DNA of 64,000 nucleotides, from the NCBI GenBank assembly GCA_963753355.1, contig CAVWBV010000005.1:12735-76734 (forward strand), in the 5' to 3' direction. The stretch comes from an uncultured Alphaproteobacteria bacterium (GTDB taxonomy: Bacteria > Pseudomonadota > Alphaproteobacteria > Rhizobiales > Xanthobacteraceae). The first letter of the stretch is position 1. Every line of letters starts with the position of its first letter. The position numbers were made by a program, and so were the translations under genes. Below are positions 1 to 9,373 of the stretch, one piece after another. Below the pieces are notes generated by a model. That model saw only the letters and a program-made list of their open reading frames with translations. It was not told where the DNA came from and made no database searches.

Positions 1-1388
1 TGGATCGACTTAGGTCCCCAGGCGCCCGGCGGATAAAGCCGGACCGGCGGCGGCGATTCGAGCAGCGGTATCGAGATTTCCCACAGCCGTTCGATACCCT
101 CGGCGGTCGTGAACAGGGTGTGGTCGCCGCGCATGGCGTCGAGGATCAGCCGCTCGTAGGCTTCAAGCACGTCGCCGACCATGCCGGTGTCATGCATTGC
201 GAACTGCAAGCTCAATTTGTCGAGCCTCATGCCGGGACCGGGACGTTTTCCGTAAAACGACAAAGACATCTTCGAAGCGTCCGCGAGATCGAACGTCAAA
301 TGGTCTGGGCCTTGTGCGCCGACGCCTGAGCCGACTGGAAACATGCTCTTCGGCGGTTCCCGAAACGCTATTGATATGATCCGCTGGCCTTCGGCGAGGC
401 GCTTGCCGGTGCGGAGAAAGAACGGCACGCCGGCCCAACGCCAATTGTCGATCGCGCATTTGAGCGCGATGAACGTTTCGGTGTCCGACTCCGGATCGAC
501 ACCTTCTTCGGCGCGATAGCCGGTGTATTGCCCGCGCACCACGTTGCTCGGCTCGATCGGCAACATGCTGCGAAATACCTTGTTTTTCTCCTCGCTGATT
601 GGAATTGGCTCCAGCGAGGTCGGCGGCTCCATCGCCATGAAGGCCAGAATCTGGAACAGGTGCGTCACCACCATGTCGCGATAAGCGCCGGTGGTCTCGT
701 AGAACCCGGCGCGCTTGCCAAGGCCGAGGATTTCCGGAACATCGATCTGCACGTGATCGATGAAGTTGCGGTTCCAGATTGGTTCGAACAAGCCGTTGGC
801 GAAGCGGAATGCGAGAATGTTCTGCGCCGGCTCTTTGCCTAGGAAGTGGTCGATCCGGAAGATCTGATCTTCGTCGAAAATTTCGTGCAGCTTGGCGTTC
901 AGCGCCACGGCGCTCGCCAGGTCGGTTCCAAACGGCTTTTCCATGACGATGCGGGACCGCTCGACGAGGCCGGCGTCCGCCAATAGGCGCACCGCCGGTA
1001 ACGCCGCGTTGGGTGGTACGCTCAGATAGTGCAGGCGGAGGCTATTGCCGGCCAGTGTCAACTCCGCCCGCGCCACCGCCGCTTTCAGGGCGGCGGCGCC
1101 TTGACCGATCGGCACGTAGTCGAGCGTCTCGGCGAATGCGGTCCAGTCGGTATCGGTGATGGTGCGCGTGGAAAATTGGTCGAGCGCCTCGCGCGCAATC
1201 TTGCAAAAGCCGTCCGTGTCGATCGTCTCCAGCGAGACGCCGATAATACGACAGCCGGGGATGAATCCGGCGGTCGAGAGGTGAAACAGCCCCGGCAACA
1301 GCTTGCGCCGGGACAGGTCGCCGGTAGCGCCCACCAGGACGACGACTTGCGAATGCTTGGGGCCAACTCCGGGAGGTATTCTTGCCAA
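1..1388 (-). CDS. zwf: glucose-6-phosphate 1-dehydrogenase; the C-terminal end runs off the left window edge, so it is absent from the ORF track
   Basis: My minus-strand translation gives VVVLVGATGDLSRRKLLPGLFHL (NADP-binding motif) and EKPFGTDL...IFRIDHFLGKEP (G6PD signature RIDHYLGKE). TTG at 1388-1386 lies 5 nt downstream of AGGAGG (1399-1394). Confidence 0.9.
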   Translation of the reverse strand, partial: MARIPPGVGPKHSQVVVLVGATGDLSRRKLLPGLFHLSTAGFIPGCRIIGVSLETIDTDGFCKIAREALDQFSTRTITDTDWTAFAETLDYVPIGQGAAALKAAVARAELTLAGNSLRLHYLSVPPNAALPAVRLLADAGLVERSRIVMEKPFGTDLASAVALNAKLHEIFDEDQIFRIDHFLGKEPAQNILAFRFANGLFEPIWNRNFIDHVQIDVPEILGLGKRAGFYETTGAYRDMVVTHLFQILAFMAMEPPTSLEPIPISEEKNKVFRSMLPIEPSNVVRGQYTGYRAEEGVDPESDTETFIALKCAIDNWRWAGVPFFLRTGKRLAEGQRIISIAFREPPKSMFPVGSGVGAQGPDHLTFDLADASKMSLSFYGKRPGPGMRLDKLSLQFAMHDTGMVGDVLEAYERLILDAMRGDHTLFTTAEGIERLWEISIPLLESPPPVRLYPPGAWGPKSI

Positions 1389-1697
1389 ATGAACCTCCTG
1401 CGTCATGCCGATGTCAAAGCGAGGGTCCCGTCGATTTGACTTTCGATGCAAGCATTGCGCCACGATGCTTCCAGTGACGTTTCACACAATGCAACAACCC
1501 GGACGACGCGACGATGACAGTCGCGTTTTGGGGGATCTTTCAGAAGGCGCTTTTTGTTTGGTGAGAACCAAGCAATTGATTGGGGAATAGAGTGTTTTCG
1601 GGAGCAAATGTCTAACTACGTGCAGAGCCGTCAGTAGGACCCCGGCGGGCCGCCGCTAGAATGGCGGACGACCCGACTGAGCAAAGGGAGTCCCACC

Positions 1698-2135
1698 ATG
1701 AATCCGGTCGTCGATTCAGGCAAACTTGAACGCGCCAAGGTTTGGGGGCAAAGCGATCCGTCGGTCCGTTGGCAGGGCGCCTTCGCCCGCTTCGGCGGCA
1801 ACGGCACAACGGCGTCGTCCACCATCGTCTACGAAATCGAGCCCGGCGGCCGGCTCGGCTGGCACACTGACGCTACCGAAGAAACGAAGTACATCATTGC
1901 CGGCACCGGCAAGCTTTATCTCGAGGACGGCACGACCTGCGCAGTCGGACCGGGCAGCGTCTTCGTCCTGCCGACGCCGATGCGTCACGATCTGGAGAAC
2001 ACCGGCAAGGATACGTTGCGGGCGGTTGCCTTTTTTGCCGCGGCGATGTTCACGCAAACCTTCGATCAGATAATGATGCCGCCGAAGACCCATGTTCTCG
2101 GCACGCCAAATCGCAACGGCCAGATCGCGCACTAA
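1698..2135 (+). CDS. cupin domain protein
   Basis: 145-aa ORF with a cupin-like core (GWHTDATEETKYIIAGTGKLYLEDG...PTPMRHDLENTG). GGGAG lies 7 nt upstream of the ATG. Confidence 0.75.
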   Translation: MNPVVDSGKLERAKVWGQSDPSVRWQGAFARFGGNGTTASSTIVYEIEPGGRLGWHTDATEETKYIIAGTGKLYLEDGTTCAVGPGSVFVLPTPMRHDLENTGKDTLRAVAFFAAAMFTQTFDQIMMPPKTHVLGTPNRNGQIAH

Positions 2136-2262
2136 TTCATAATCGCGTTGCCCGTCCAAAAACGGCGCTTCGCCCGCGGCCTAGGTCGCGGGCGTCTGCG
2201 GCTTACCACCGAGCCGGAGCCGGACGCGCCTGGCGGCGTCGGCCATGACGGCGGTTGGGTTT

Positions 2263-2658
2263 CTACTTCCGCTTAAGCGCCCCGCCGTCGAACGTCGACA
2301 CCATCGCCTGCATGTAGCCGTCGTGCGTGATGTAGGCGTCCGAACCGCGATACGGCTCGGCCAGGAATGGCGCGGTCGCGACCCACTGGGTGGCGAACGT
2401 GCCATCGATCGTCGTTGAGTGCTCGGGCTGGAAGTGAATTCCCTTGAGCCCGCCGTCCTTCGGGTCCTTGCAGAAGCCTGCGAACAGGTCGCCAAGCGCC
2501 TGCCGCCCCTTGACGATCGTGCCGTTGGGAAGATTGACCTGGGCATCCTCGGGATACTGCGCGAGCAGCCGGTCCCAGTCGCAGGCATTGAGCGCCGCAA
2601 AGTGCTCGTCGAGCACCGCCTGCGGCGTCGGCTGCTTTTTCAACTCGGGCAATTTCAT
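2263..2658 (-). CDS. SnoaL/NTF2-like fold protein; a probable ancestral signal peptide upstream (to 2728) is cut off by a 1-nt frame problem
   Basis: 131-aa ORF with NTF2-like size and pattern. The ATG at 2658 has no SD. A strong SD+ATG at 2740-2726 is one base out of frame with an in-frame signal-peptide-like stretch (see finding). Confidence 0.65.
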   Translation of the reverse strand: MKLPELKKQPTPQAVLDEHFAALNACDWDRLLAQYPEDAQVNLPNGTIVKGRQALGDLFAGFCKDPKDGGLKGIHFQPEHSTTIDGTFATQWVATAPFLAEPYRGSDAYITHDGYMQAMVSTFDGGALKRK

Positions 2659-2878
2659 TTGCGCATGCGCGACAGGAGCCGTTGCGATGATCGCGATCGC
2701 TGCCAGCAGCGGAATCGGTGATTTTCATTTTCGTCCTCCCCGGATGAGAGCCGTTATGGCTCTTCTCTTTCACGGCTTTAAGCCTATGTCCGGAGGGCTA
2801 TGGTGTGCAACCTGTAGGATGTCCGTTGTCGGCTCTGTTTCGGTCGTGTAGAGGGCCGAGGGTCAATGAGAGGCGTGC

Positions 2879-3679
2879 CTGCTCGAACTTTATCACCACG
2901 GCTCATCGGCCTGCGCTGCGAAGGTTCGTTTTGCCTTGGCGGAGAAGAAGCTCGAATGGCGCAGCCACTATCTCGATCTCCTGAAAGGCGAGCAGTTCAG
3001 CCCCGAGTATTTGAGGATCAATCCAAAGGGCGTTGTCCCGACGCTCGTTCACGACGGCATGATCGTTCTGGAATCCACGGTCATCTGTGAATACGTCGAA
3101 GAAACTTTTCCCGATCGTCCGATCTACCCGCAATCGCCATACGAACGGTCGCGGGTTCGCGTCTGGACCAAGGCGGTGGACGAGGAACTCCATCCGGCCT
3201 GTTCGGCGATCACTTACATTGTCTCGCACCGGCAGACGATTTTGCGCAACGGCGTCGGCAGCTTCGAGGAGTTCCTGGGTCACGCCGGAGCCGAAGGGAT
3301 CGCGGCGCGGCAGCTCAAGTGGCAATGGATCCAGCAGGGAATTGCCGCGCCCGGCGCGGCCGACAAGATCAGGCTATACGCGGGCTATCTGGAAAAAATG
3401 GAAGGTGCACTTGAAGATTCCCGTTGGCTCGTTGGCGATGCGTTTTCGATGGCGGACATTGCCACGGCGCCTTACGTCAATCGCCTCGAGGCATTGTCGA
3501 TGGCGGGATTGTGGACCGGAGGCCGGTTGCCGCGGGTCGAGCGGTGGTTCACTCGAATCAAGCAGCGCCCAGCCTTTAGGCCGGCGTTTCTCGATTGGAT
3601 GCCGCCCGAGCTTGCAACCGAGTTGCGCGAGAACGGCCGCACGTCCTGGCCCGAAGTGAAACAGCTTCTCGCGTTGTGA
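2879..3679 (+). CDS. glutathione S-transferase; start uncertain (CTG 2879 is the only in-frame option that keeps the conserved N-terminus; the ORF track starts at TTG 2936)
   Basis: In-frame translation upstream of 2936 reads LELYHHGSSACAAKVRFALAEKKLEW, the typical GST beta1/alpha1 with the catalytic Ser/Cys region. An in-frame TGA sits at 2867. INPKGVVPTLVHDG is a GST G-site motif. Confidence 0.8.
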   Translation: MLELYHHGSSACAAKVRFALAEKKLEWRSHYLDLLKGEQFSPEYLRINPKGVVPTLVHDGMIVLESTVICEYVEETFPDRPIYPQSPYERSRVRVWTKAVDEELHPACSAITYIVSHRQTILRNGVGSFEEFLGHAGAEGIAARQLKWQWIQQGIAAPGAADKIRLYAGYLEKMEGALEDSRWLVGDAFSMADIATAPYVNRLEALSMAGLWTGGRLPRVERWFTRIKQRPAFRPAFLDWMPPELATELRENGRTSWPEVKQLLAL

Positions 3680-3815
3680 CTGGTCGATAATGTTCTCAAT
3701 GCTTTGACGGTTATCTGGCGAAATTTCTCGGCCATGGAGTGCAGAAATCACCAGCATCCGCGATGACCTCGCTGCCAGGTCCTCAGACCTTCCCCTGCGC
3801 TGCCGCTGCGGCCAC

Positions 3816-4379
3816 GTGCGCGGCGTCGCGCGCGACGTGTCGCCGTCCTCTGGCTTCCGGCTTGTCTGCTACTGCAAGGATTGTCAGGCGTTCGCGCATT
3901 TTCTTCGGCGCCCCGACGTGCTCGATGCTGCCGGCGGCACGGATATCTTTCAGATGCCGCCGGGTCGCCTGCAATTTACCGCCGGCGCGGATGCATTGCG
4001 GTGCTTGTGCTTCTCCGAAAAAGTTTTCCGGTGGTACGCGGATTGTTGCAAAACTCCGATCGCCAATGGCGCCGCTACTCCGCGATTTCCGGTTATCGGT
4101 GTCATTCATTCTTTCATAGATTTCGAGGCGGGCGGCCGCTCCCGCGATGAAATACTTGGGACGCCGCTGTGCCGCATCCATGAACGCTCTGCCGTCGGGC
4201 CGCTGCCGGCGGATGCGCCGCCGGCAGCGCGGTTCGGGATTTTCGCTTACCGCGCGGCAAAGGCCTTGGGCTGGTGGATGCGCGGGCTTGGCGGGCCGAA
4301 CCCGTTGTTCGAAGATCGCGCCGGTGCGCCGCTCTCTGCGCCGGGCCTGATGACGCCTGAGGAACGCGCCGCGCTTTGA
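3816..4379 (+). CDS. GFA/DUF6151-like Cys-rich (zinc-binding) protein; the true start is probably upstream (CTG 3795)
   Basis: The ORF contains VCYCKDCQ and CCKTP Cys motifs. The same frame upstream reads LPLRCRCGHVRG, a CxC motif normally part of this fold, with no ATG/GTG/TTG before it (frame open from 3708). Confidence 0.6.
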   Translation: MRGVARDVSPSSGFRLVCYCKDCQAFAHFLRRPDVLDAAGGTDIFQMPPGRLQFTAGADALRCLCFSEKVFRWYADCCKTPIANGAATPRFPVIGVIHSFIDFEAGGRSRDEILGTPLCRIHERSAVGPLPADAPPAARFGIFAYRAAKALGWWMRGLGGPNPLFEDRAGAPLSAPGLMTPEERAAL

Positions 4380-4447
4380 ACGTATTGTGCCCTGAGGCAC
4401 GGAACGCAAAGCGCCAACACGAGGTTTTATGCCAGCAGGAGACGTCT

Positions 4448-5980
4448 ATGAGCGCCGAGCAGTCCAAGCCTACGGGTCCCGATCTCACCAAGGGTGTTGC
4501 CGCGGACGAGATTCCTGACGGCGGGATGATCGGCGGTCATGTCGGCGATGAAGCGGTGCTGATTGCGCGCCGTGGCGATGGATTCTTCGCCATCGGTGCG
4601 ACGTGCACGCATTATAACGGGCCGCTCGCCGAAGGTTTAGTGGTCGGCGATACGGTGCGCTGTCCCTGGCATCACGCGCGGTTCAGCCTGCGCAGCGGCG
4701 AAGCGATCGGTGCGCCGGCGTTCAACCCGGTCTCGTGCTGGCGGGTTGAACACAGCGGCGGCAAGATCTTTGTGCGCGAGAAGAACGACACGACAGAGAA
4801 GGGCAACGCCGCCGGCCGCAAAAGTGCCGCCGACAAGCCGGAGCGGATTGTCATCGTCGGGGGCGGCGCGGCCGGTTTTGCCGCCGCCGAAATGCTCCGC
4901 CGCGACGGATTTGCCGGCGACCTGACCCTTCTTTCCGCCGACGCCGATGCGCCTTACGACCGGCCGAATTGCTCCAAGGATTATCTTGCCGGCAATGCGC
5001 CGGAAGACTGGATGCCGCTGCGGCCGGCCGAATTTTACAAGGACCAGGCCATCGACCTTCGCCTCAGCGCCGAGGTCAATACGATCGACGGCAAAACCCG
5101 GAACGTGACGCTCGCAAGCGGCGACACGATCTCGTTCGACAAGCTCTTGCTCGCCACCGGCGCCGAACCGGTTCATCTAGATATTCCGGGCGCGGGCGAG
5201 CCGCATGTTCACGTGCTGCGCTCACTCGCAAATTCGCGGGCGATCATTGCCGACGCGAAGACCGCACGGCGCGCCGTCGTCATCGGCGCAAGCTTCATCG
5301 GTCTCGAAGCCGCGGCCGCGCTACGCGCGCGCGACATCGAGGTCCACGTCGTTGCGCCGGAGCGCCGTCCGCTGGAGCGCGTGCTCGGCGCCGGATACGG
5401 CGACATGATCCGCGCGTTGCATGAAGAACACGGCGTCGTGTTTCATCTTGAAGACAGCGTTACCGCTATCGCCGGGCATGACGTGACGCTCAAGAGCGGC
5501 GGCAAGCTCGCCGCCGACCTGGTTGTTGTCGGCGTCGGAGTGCGGCCGCGCCTGCAATTGGCCGAAAGCGCCGGGTTGAAAATCGATCGCGGCGTCGTGG
5601 TCAACGAATATCTGGAAACCAGCATCCAGGGCGTCTTCGCCGCCGGCGACATCGCGCGATGGCCCGATCCGCATAGCGGGGACAATCTGCGCATCGAGCA
5701 CTGGGTAGTGGCTGAGCGCCAGGGCCAGGCCGTGGCGAAGAACATGCTCGGCCAGCGGGAGCGCTTTGCCGAAGTGCCGTTCTTCTGGAGCCAGCATTAC
5801 GACGTGCCGATCAATTATGTCGGTCACGCCGAGAAGTGGGACGACCTGCAAGTCGAGGGCGACATCAAGGCGCGCGATTGCCTGGTGCGCTACCGGCGCG
5901 GCGGCAAGGTTTTGGCTGTGGCTTCGATCTATCGCGATCTCGAGAGCCTCAAGGCTGAATTAGCCATGGAACTCGCTTAA
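4448..5980 (+). CDS. Rieske [2Fe-2S] domain fused to an FAD/NAD(P)-dependent pyridine nucleotide-disulfide oxidoreductase
   Basis: Rieske motifs CTHYNGPL...CPWHHARF, followed by the dinucleotide fold IVIVGGGAAGFAAAE and a second AVVIGASFIGLEAAA. AGGAG lies 6 nt before the ATG at 4448. Confidence 0.85.
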   Translation: MSAEQSKPTGPDLTKGVAADEIPDGGMIGGHVGDEAVLIARRGDGFFAIGATCTHYNGPLAEGLVVGDTVRCPWHHARFSLRSGEAIGAPAFNPVSCWRVEHSGGKIFVREKNDTTEKGNAAGRKSAADKPERIVIVGGGAAGFAAAEMLRRDGFAGDLTLLSADADAPYDRPNCSKDYLAGNAPEDWMPLRPAEFYKDQAIDLRLSAEVNTIDGKTRNVTLASGDTISFDKLLLATGAEPVHLDIPGAGEPHVHVLRSLANSRAIIADAKTARRAVVIGASFIGLEAAAALRARDIEVHVVAPERRPLERVLGAGYGDMIRALHEEHGVVFHLEDSVTAIAGHDVTLKSGGKLAADLVVVGVGVRPRLQLAESAGLKIDRGVVVNEYLETSIQGVFAAGDIARWPDPHSGDNLRIEHWVVAERQGQAVAKNMLGQRERFAEVPFFWSQHYDVPINYVGHAEKWDDLQVEGDIKARDCLVRYRRGGKVLAVASIYRDLESLKAELAMELA

Positions 5981-6039
5981 AGCTTAACGACGCCGAGCGA
6001 GTACCAGATTTGAACGGCGCGGCCCGAACGCGTAAGTAG

Positions 6040-6489
6040 GTGGCGCAAATCCAGCCGCAGGACCCCAATCTCCTCATGACGACCTTACTTGGCGACCAGA
6101 TCGACACATTGACACTCAAAATCGGCGGGCTCGTGCCGCCGGGGCAAGAGCTGCACCGGCGCGTGCTCTTCGAAGGGCTTTACGCATCGCTTCCCAAGGA
6201 CCCGGAGGCGAAGGTTCAGATCTACACTGCCGAAATCGTGCCCAAAGGCTGGACCAACTTTCATTGCCACAACGGTGCGACGTTCTTTCTCGCGCTGCAG
6301 GGTATTTTTGAGGCTCATTTCGAGGACGGAATTCTCATCCGCGCCAAGGCCGGCGACGTCTATTCCGAGCCGATTGGCAAGATGCATCGCGGCCACAATC
6401 CGCACGAGACAATTCCGTATCTGTGCGTCGGGTTTTGCATCACCGCGCCCGATCGCGAACACGTCACCAACGTGGTCAAGGCGTTCTGA
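6040..6489 (+). CDS. cupin domain protein
   Basis: 149-aa ORF with an [14 protein letters not shown]...GKMHRGHN cupin-like metal-site pattern. It directly follows the Rieske gene on the same strand. Confidence 0.7.
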   Translation: MAQIQPQDPNLLMTTLLGDQIDTLTLKIGGLVPPGQELHRRVLFEGLYASLPKDPEAKVQIYTAEIVPKGWTNFHCHNGATFFLALQGIFEAHFEDGILIRAKAGDVYSEPIGKMHRGHNPHETIPYLCVGFCITAPDREHVTNVVKAF

Positions 6490-6518
6490 TTGCCGCCGAG
6501 CAACGAAACCCTATTCCC

Positions 6519-7559
6519 ATGCGTTCGCTATCCATCGGCTGTATCGAATTGTCCAATCCGGTCCTGCTGGCGCCGATGTCGGGCGTCACCGATGCGCCGT
6601 TTCGGCGGATCGCGGCCGCGCTCGGCACGGGCCTCGTCGTGTCGGAAATGACCGCGTGTGCGGCGCTCGCCGGCCGTGCGCGTCCCGGGCAAGCGCGCAT
6701 GGCGCGGCGGCGCATGACGGATCACGGCGCCGGACTTCACGTCGTGCAGCTTGCCGGCTGCGAAGCGCGCTGGATGGAGGAGGGGGCGCGTATTGCCGAA
6801 GACGCCGGCGCCGCCGTTATCGACATCAACATGGGATGCCCGGCAAAGCACGTGGCCGGCGGCCAGGCGGGTTCGGCACTGATGCGCGATCTTTCTCATG
6901 CGCTGACGTTGATTGAGGCCGTAATCAAGTCGGTGCGCGTGCCGGTAACGCTGAAAATGCGGCTCGGTTGGGACGATGCCTCGCGCAACGCGCCGGAATT
7001 GGCGCGGTGTGCGCAAGACGCGGGTGTCAAGCTGGTCACGGTCCATGGCCGCACCCGTTGCCAGTTCTATAAAGGCCGTGCCGATTGGCGGGCAGTGCGC
7101 GCCGTGAAGGACGCGGTGTCTATTCCGGTCGCCGTTAATGGCGACATCGAAAGTTTCGACGATGCCGATGCGGCACTTGCGGCCTCCGGCGCCGATGCGG
7201 TGATGGTCGGCCGTGGCGCGCAGGGCCGGCCGTGGTTTCCCGGCCAGCTGGCGCGCTATCTTGCGAACGGCACGCGCGAAAAGCCACCGCGCTTGAGCGA
7301 ACAGCTTGCGCTTGTCAGCGCGCTTTACGGCGAAACGCTTGCGCTCTATGGCGTTGAGGTCGGCCTTCGCCATGCACGCAAGCATCTGAGCTGGGGCCTC
7401 GACAGCGCCGCATCCGCGGCCAACGCGCCGGAGCATTTGCTGAAAAGCCACCGCAGCCGCGTTTTGACCGCGACCGACCCCGCGTGCGTGCTCACTCTTC
7501 TCGCTGAAGCATTCGACGCCTTCGGCGCCGCGCGCCCGCCCGGTATTGCCGCGCCTTAA
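6519..7559 (+). CDS. dusB: tRNA-dihydrouridine synthase
   Basis: Motifs [24 protein letters not shown] and [11 protein letters not shown] match the Dus family. The internal ATG at 6519 avoids overlap with the upstream cupin gene. Confidence 0.9.
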   Translation: MRSLSIGCIELSNPVLLAPMSGVTDAPFRRIAAALGTGLVVSEMTACAALAGRARPGQARMARRRMTDHGAGLHVVQLAGCEARWMEEGARIAEDAGAAVIDINMGCPAKHVAGGQAGSALMRDLSHALTLIEAVIKSVRVPVTLKMRLGWDDASRNAPELARCAQDAGVKLVTVHGRTRCQFYKGRADWRAVRAVKDAVSIPVAVNGDIESFDDADAALAASGADAVMVGRGAQGRPWFPGQLARYLANGTREKPPRLSEQLALVSALYGETLALYGVEVGLRHARKHLSWGLDSAASAANAPEHLLKSHRSRVLTATDPACVLTLLAEAFDAFGAARPPGIAAP

Positions 7560-7734
7560 GCCTCATAAAAGTGCCGCGCCGGGAAATCCAGGATCGTTCG
7601 CTGCGTTCATTGAATCCTGCCGGTTTCCCCGGCCTTCGCATTTTTCCTTATCGATTTCTTTCACAGGCTTTAAAGAGTTTCCTAGGACATTCGGCTTGCC
7701 GGGGAAAAGAGGCAAAGCGATCCGGAGGCAACAG

Positions 7735-7890
7735 ATGGCTCCTACTTCTTTAGCGCGCACCAACGGTGCCGCGATCGGCGGTTCGGCGGTGATGAGCAAA
7801 GGCGTCGAATACGCCCTGATGGCGGCTGGCGCGACGGTCGCGCTTATCGCCACGGTTCAGTCGTTGGGCATTGTAGCGAGCTGGGTCTAG
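7735..7890 (+). CDS. small Flp/Fap-like pilin candidate (51 aa)
   Basis: GGAGG (7724-7728) lies 6 nt before the ATG. SKGVEYALMAAGATVALIATVQSLG resembles the Flp motif (G-x-x-x-EY-[GA]-L-I-A plus a hydrophobic helix). No tad genes are nearby. Confidence 0.45.
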   Translation: MAPTSLARTNGAAIGGSAVMSKGVEYALMAAGATVALIATVQSLGIVASWV

Positions 7891-7918
7891 TCCAGCGCTG
7901 CGGGCGCCGATCGATCCC

Positions 7919-8827
7919 TTAGCGTCCGTGCTCCCACAACGTCTCCAGCCGGCGGCGGAACGCCTTTGGCTTTTCCGCGAACAGGCGCGAAGCAATGCGC
8001 GCGGCGCGATGTGCGAGTGCTCCGGTGCGTTCGGCACAAGCCGGAGCGAGCCGCGCGCGCCAATGCGCCAGCGGCTGATGCGGTCCAGTGAGCCGCTTGA
8101 GTATTTCGAGGTCCTGGCAGCGGCCGAGCCGGTCGCGCAGCCGCTCGGCCTCTTGGGTCCACATGCGGCCGTGCCGCGGCCAAAGCGGCTCGACCAGCTC
8201 CATCTGGTAGCGGTGATCGACCACGCGCTGGCGCAGCTCGTGCAAATCTTCCGCGGTCGCTTGCGACCAGTCCTCGGGTATGCGCCGCCGCGCCTCACGG
8301 TAGCCGACGGTTAGCTGCGCGGCGATCGCGGAGAAATCGATGGGATCGAGCGGCCATTGCTCGACGGCTTCCGTGGTCGTGTCGAGCCAGCCGAAAATCG
8401 CTTCCCGCAGCTCCTCCGTCAGCACGGCTTCTTCTTCGCTGCCGCGCATCCCATCAATGCGGCTGCGGATCGTTGCAGCCGAGCGCTCCGACAGCGGCAC
8501 GGTTTTTTTTATCAAGTCGTCGAAGGCATTGAGCGCCGATTGGCCATCGCGCGCCCGCGATAGCGAACGCGCATGATCGCGCGCCTGCTGGCGCAGCGTC
8601 GTCGCATCGGGAACGAACGGCTGCAATAGCCGCATCAGCGCGCGCCACTGCTTCATGGCGCGGCGGAAATCGTGCACGGCGTTCTGCTGCGAGCGCTCCG
8701 GATCGGCGAGCACGGCGCGCGATTCGGCAAGAATGGCAACCGCAATGGCGCGGACGGCCGGCCCGATTGCCGCCTTGGGCTGCAAGGCGGGTTTTTCCCC
8801 CATGTGCGCTTCTAGGAAGCCGTGCAT
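7919..8827 (-). CDS. CHAD domain-containing protein
   Basis: Helical Arg/Leu-rich repeats with VHDFRRAMKQWRALMRLL and HELRQRVVDHRYQMELV are typical of CHAD. The longer ORF-track start (8998) would overlap the tRNA on the opposite strand, so an internal ATG (8827 or 8803) is preferred. Confidence 0.75.
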   Translation of the reverse strand: MHGFLEAHMGEKPALQPKAAIGPAVRAIAVAILAESRAVLADPERSQQNAVHDFRRAMKQWRALMRLLQPFVPDATTLRQQARDHARSLSRARDGQSALNAFDDLIKKTVPLSERSAATIRSRIDGMRGSEEEAVLTEELREAIFGWLDTTTEAVEQWPLDPIDFSAIAAQLTVGYREARRRIPEDWSQATAEDLHELRQRVVDHRYQMELVEPLWPRHGRMWTQEAERLRDRLGRCQDLEILKRLTGPHQPLAHWRARLAPACAERTGALAHRAARIASRLFAEKPKAFRRRLETLWEHGR

Positions 8828-8961
8828 GACACTTCGATGAATTGAGGATGACAGTATGGCGAAAAATACGCCGCTCTGCACTTCCCTTGTGAGGGGGCGC
8901 TTGCTACATGATGTGCGCGCCATAACGGCCGCGCAAAAGTGCGGCCCGGCCAACGATTTAA

Positions 8962-9038
<77 letters not shown>

Positions 9039-9373
9039 ACCTTTCGCACATCACTCCCACCGAATGTCTCGTTTTGCCGGTCCTGGGCTTGCCCCGACGG
9101 CGACCGCTTAGCCGGCCGCTTGCGCTCCGTGCCGGTCGCCGCTATGTAGCTTCCTGCTCGCTGCCTGGCAGCCGTAAGCGTTAACGTCACCCAACGCGCA
9201 AAACGGAACACCGGCCTCATCGCGCCGGCGTCGTTTGTTGCGAAAGGGTCTCGTGACGTGACGATTTCCAAAAGTCTTTCACAGACCTTTTTCCGACATG
9301 CACGCCTTATCGGCGCACGCTGAGCGCGTTGCTCAAATGAGATGATGTTCGAATACCTACGCGGAGAAAGACC

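Noticed and set aside
1506-1530. Hairpin ACGCGAC-GATGACA-GTCGCGT followed by TTTT (terminator-like) in the zwf/cupin divergent intergenic region
   Set aside because: No upstream plus-strand gene exists for it to terminate. The stem is only 7 bp, and the overlapping 61-aa ORF (1405-1590) looks non-coding. It could be an sRNA or attenuator, but there is no support.
6528-7451. 307-aa minus-strand ORF
   Set aside because: Antisense shadow of dusB, with an Arg-rich low-information sequence.
9039-9373. Possible genomic-island junction downstream of the tRNA
   Set aside because: No integrase, no obvious direct repeat of the tRNA 3' end, and no compositional break. The following genes look like ordinary chromosomal metabolism.
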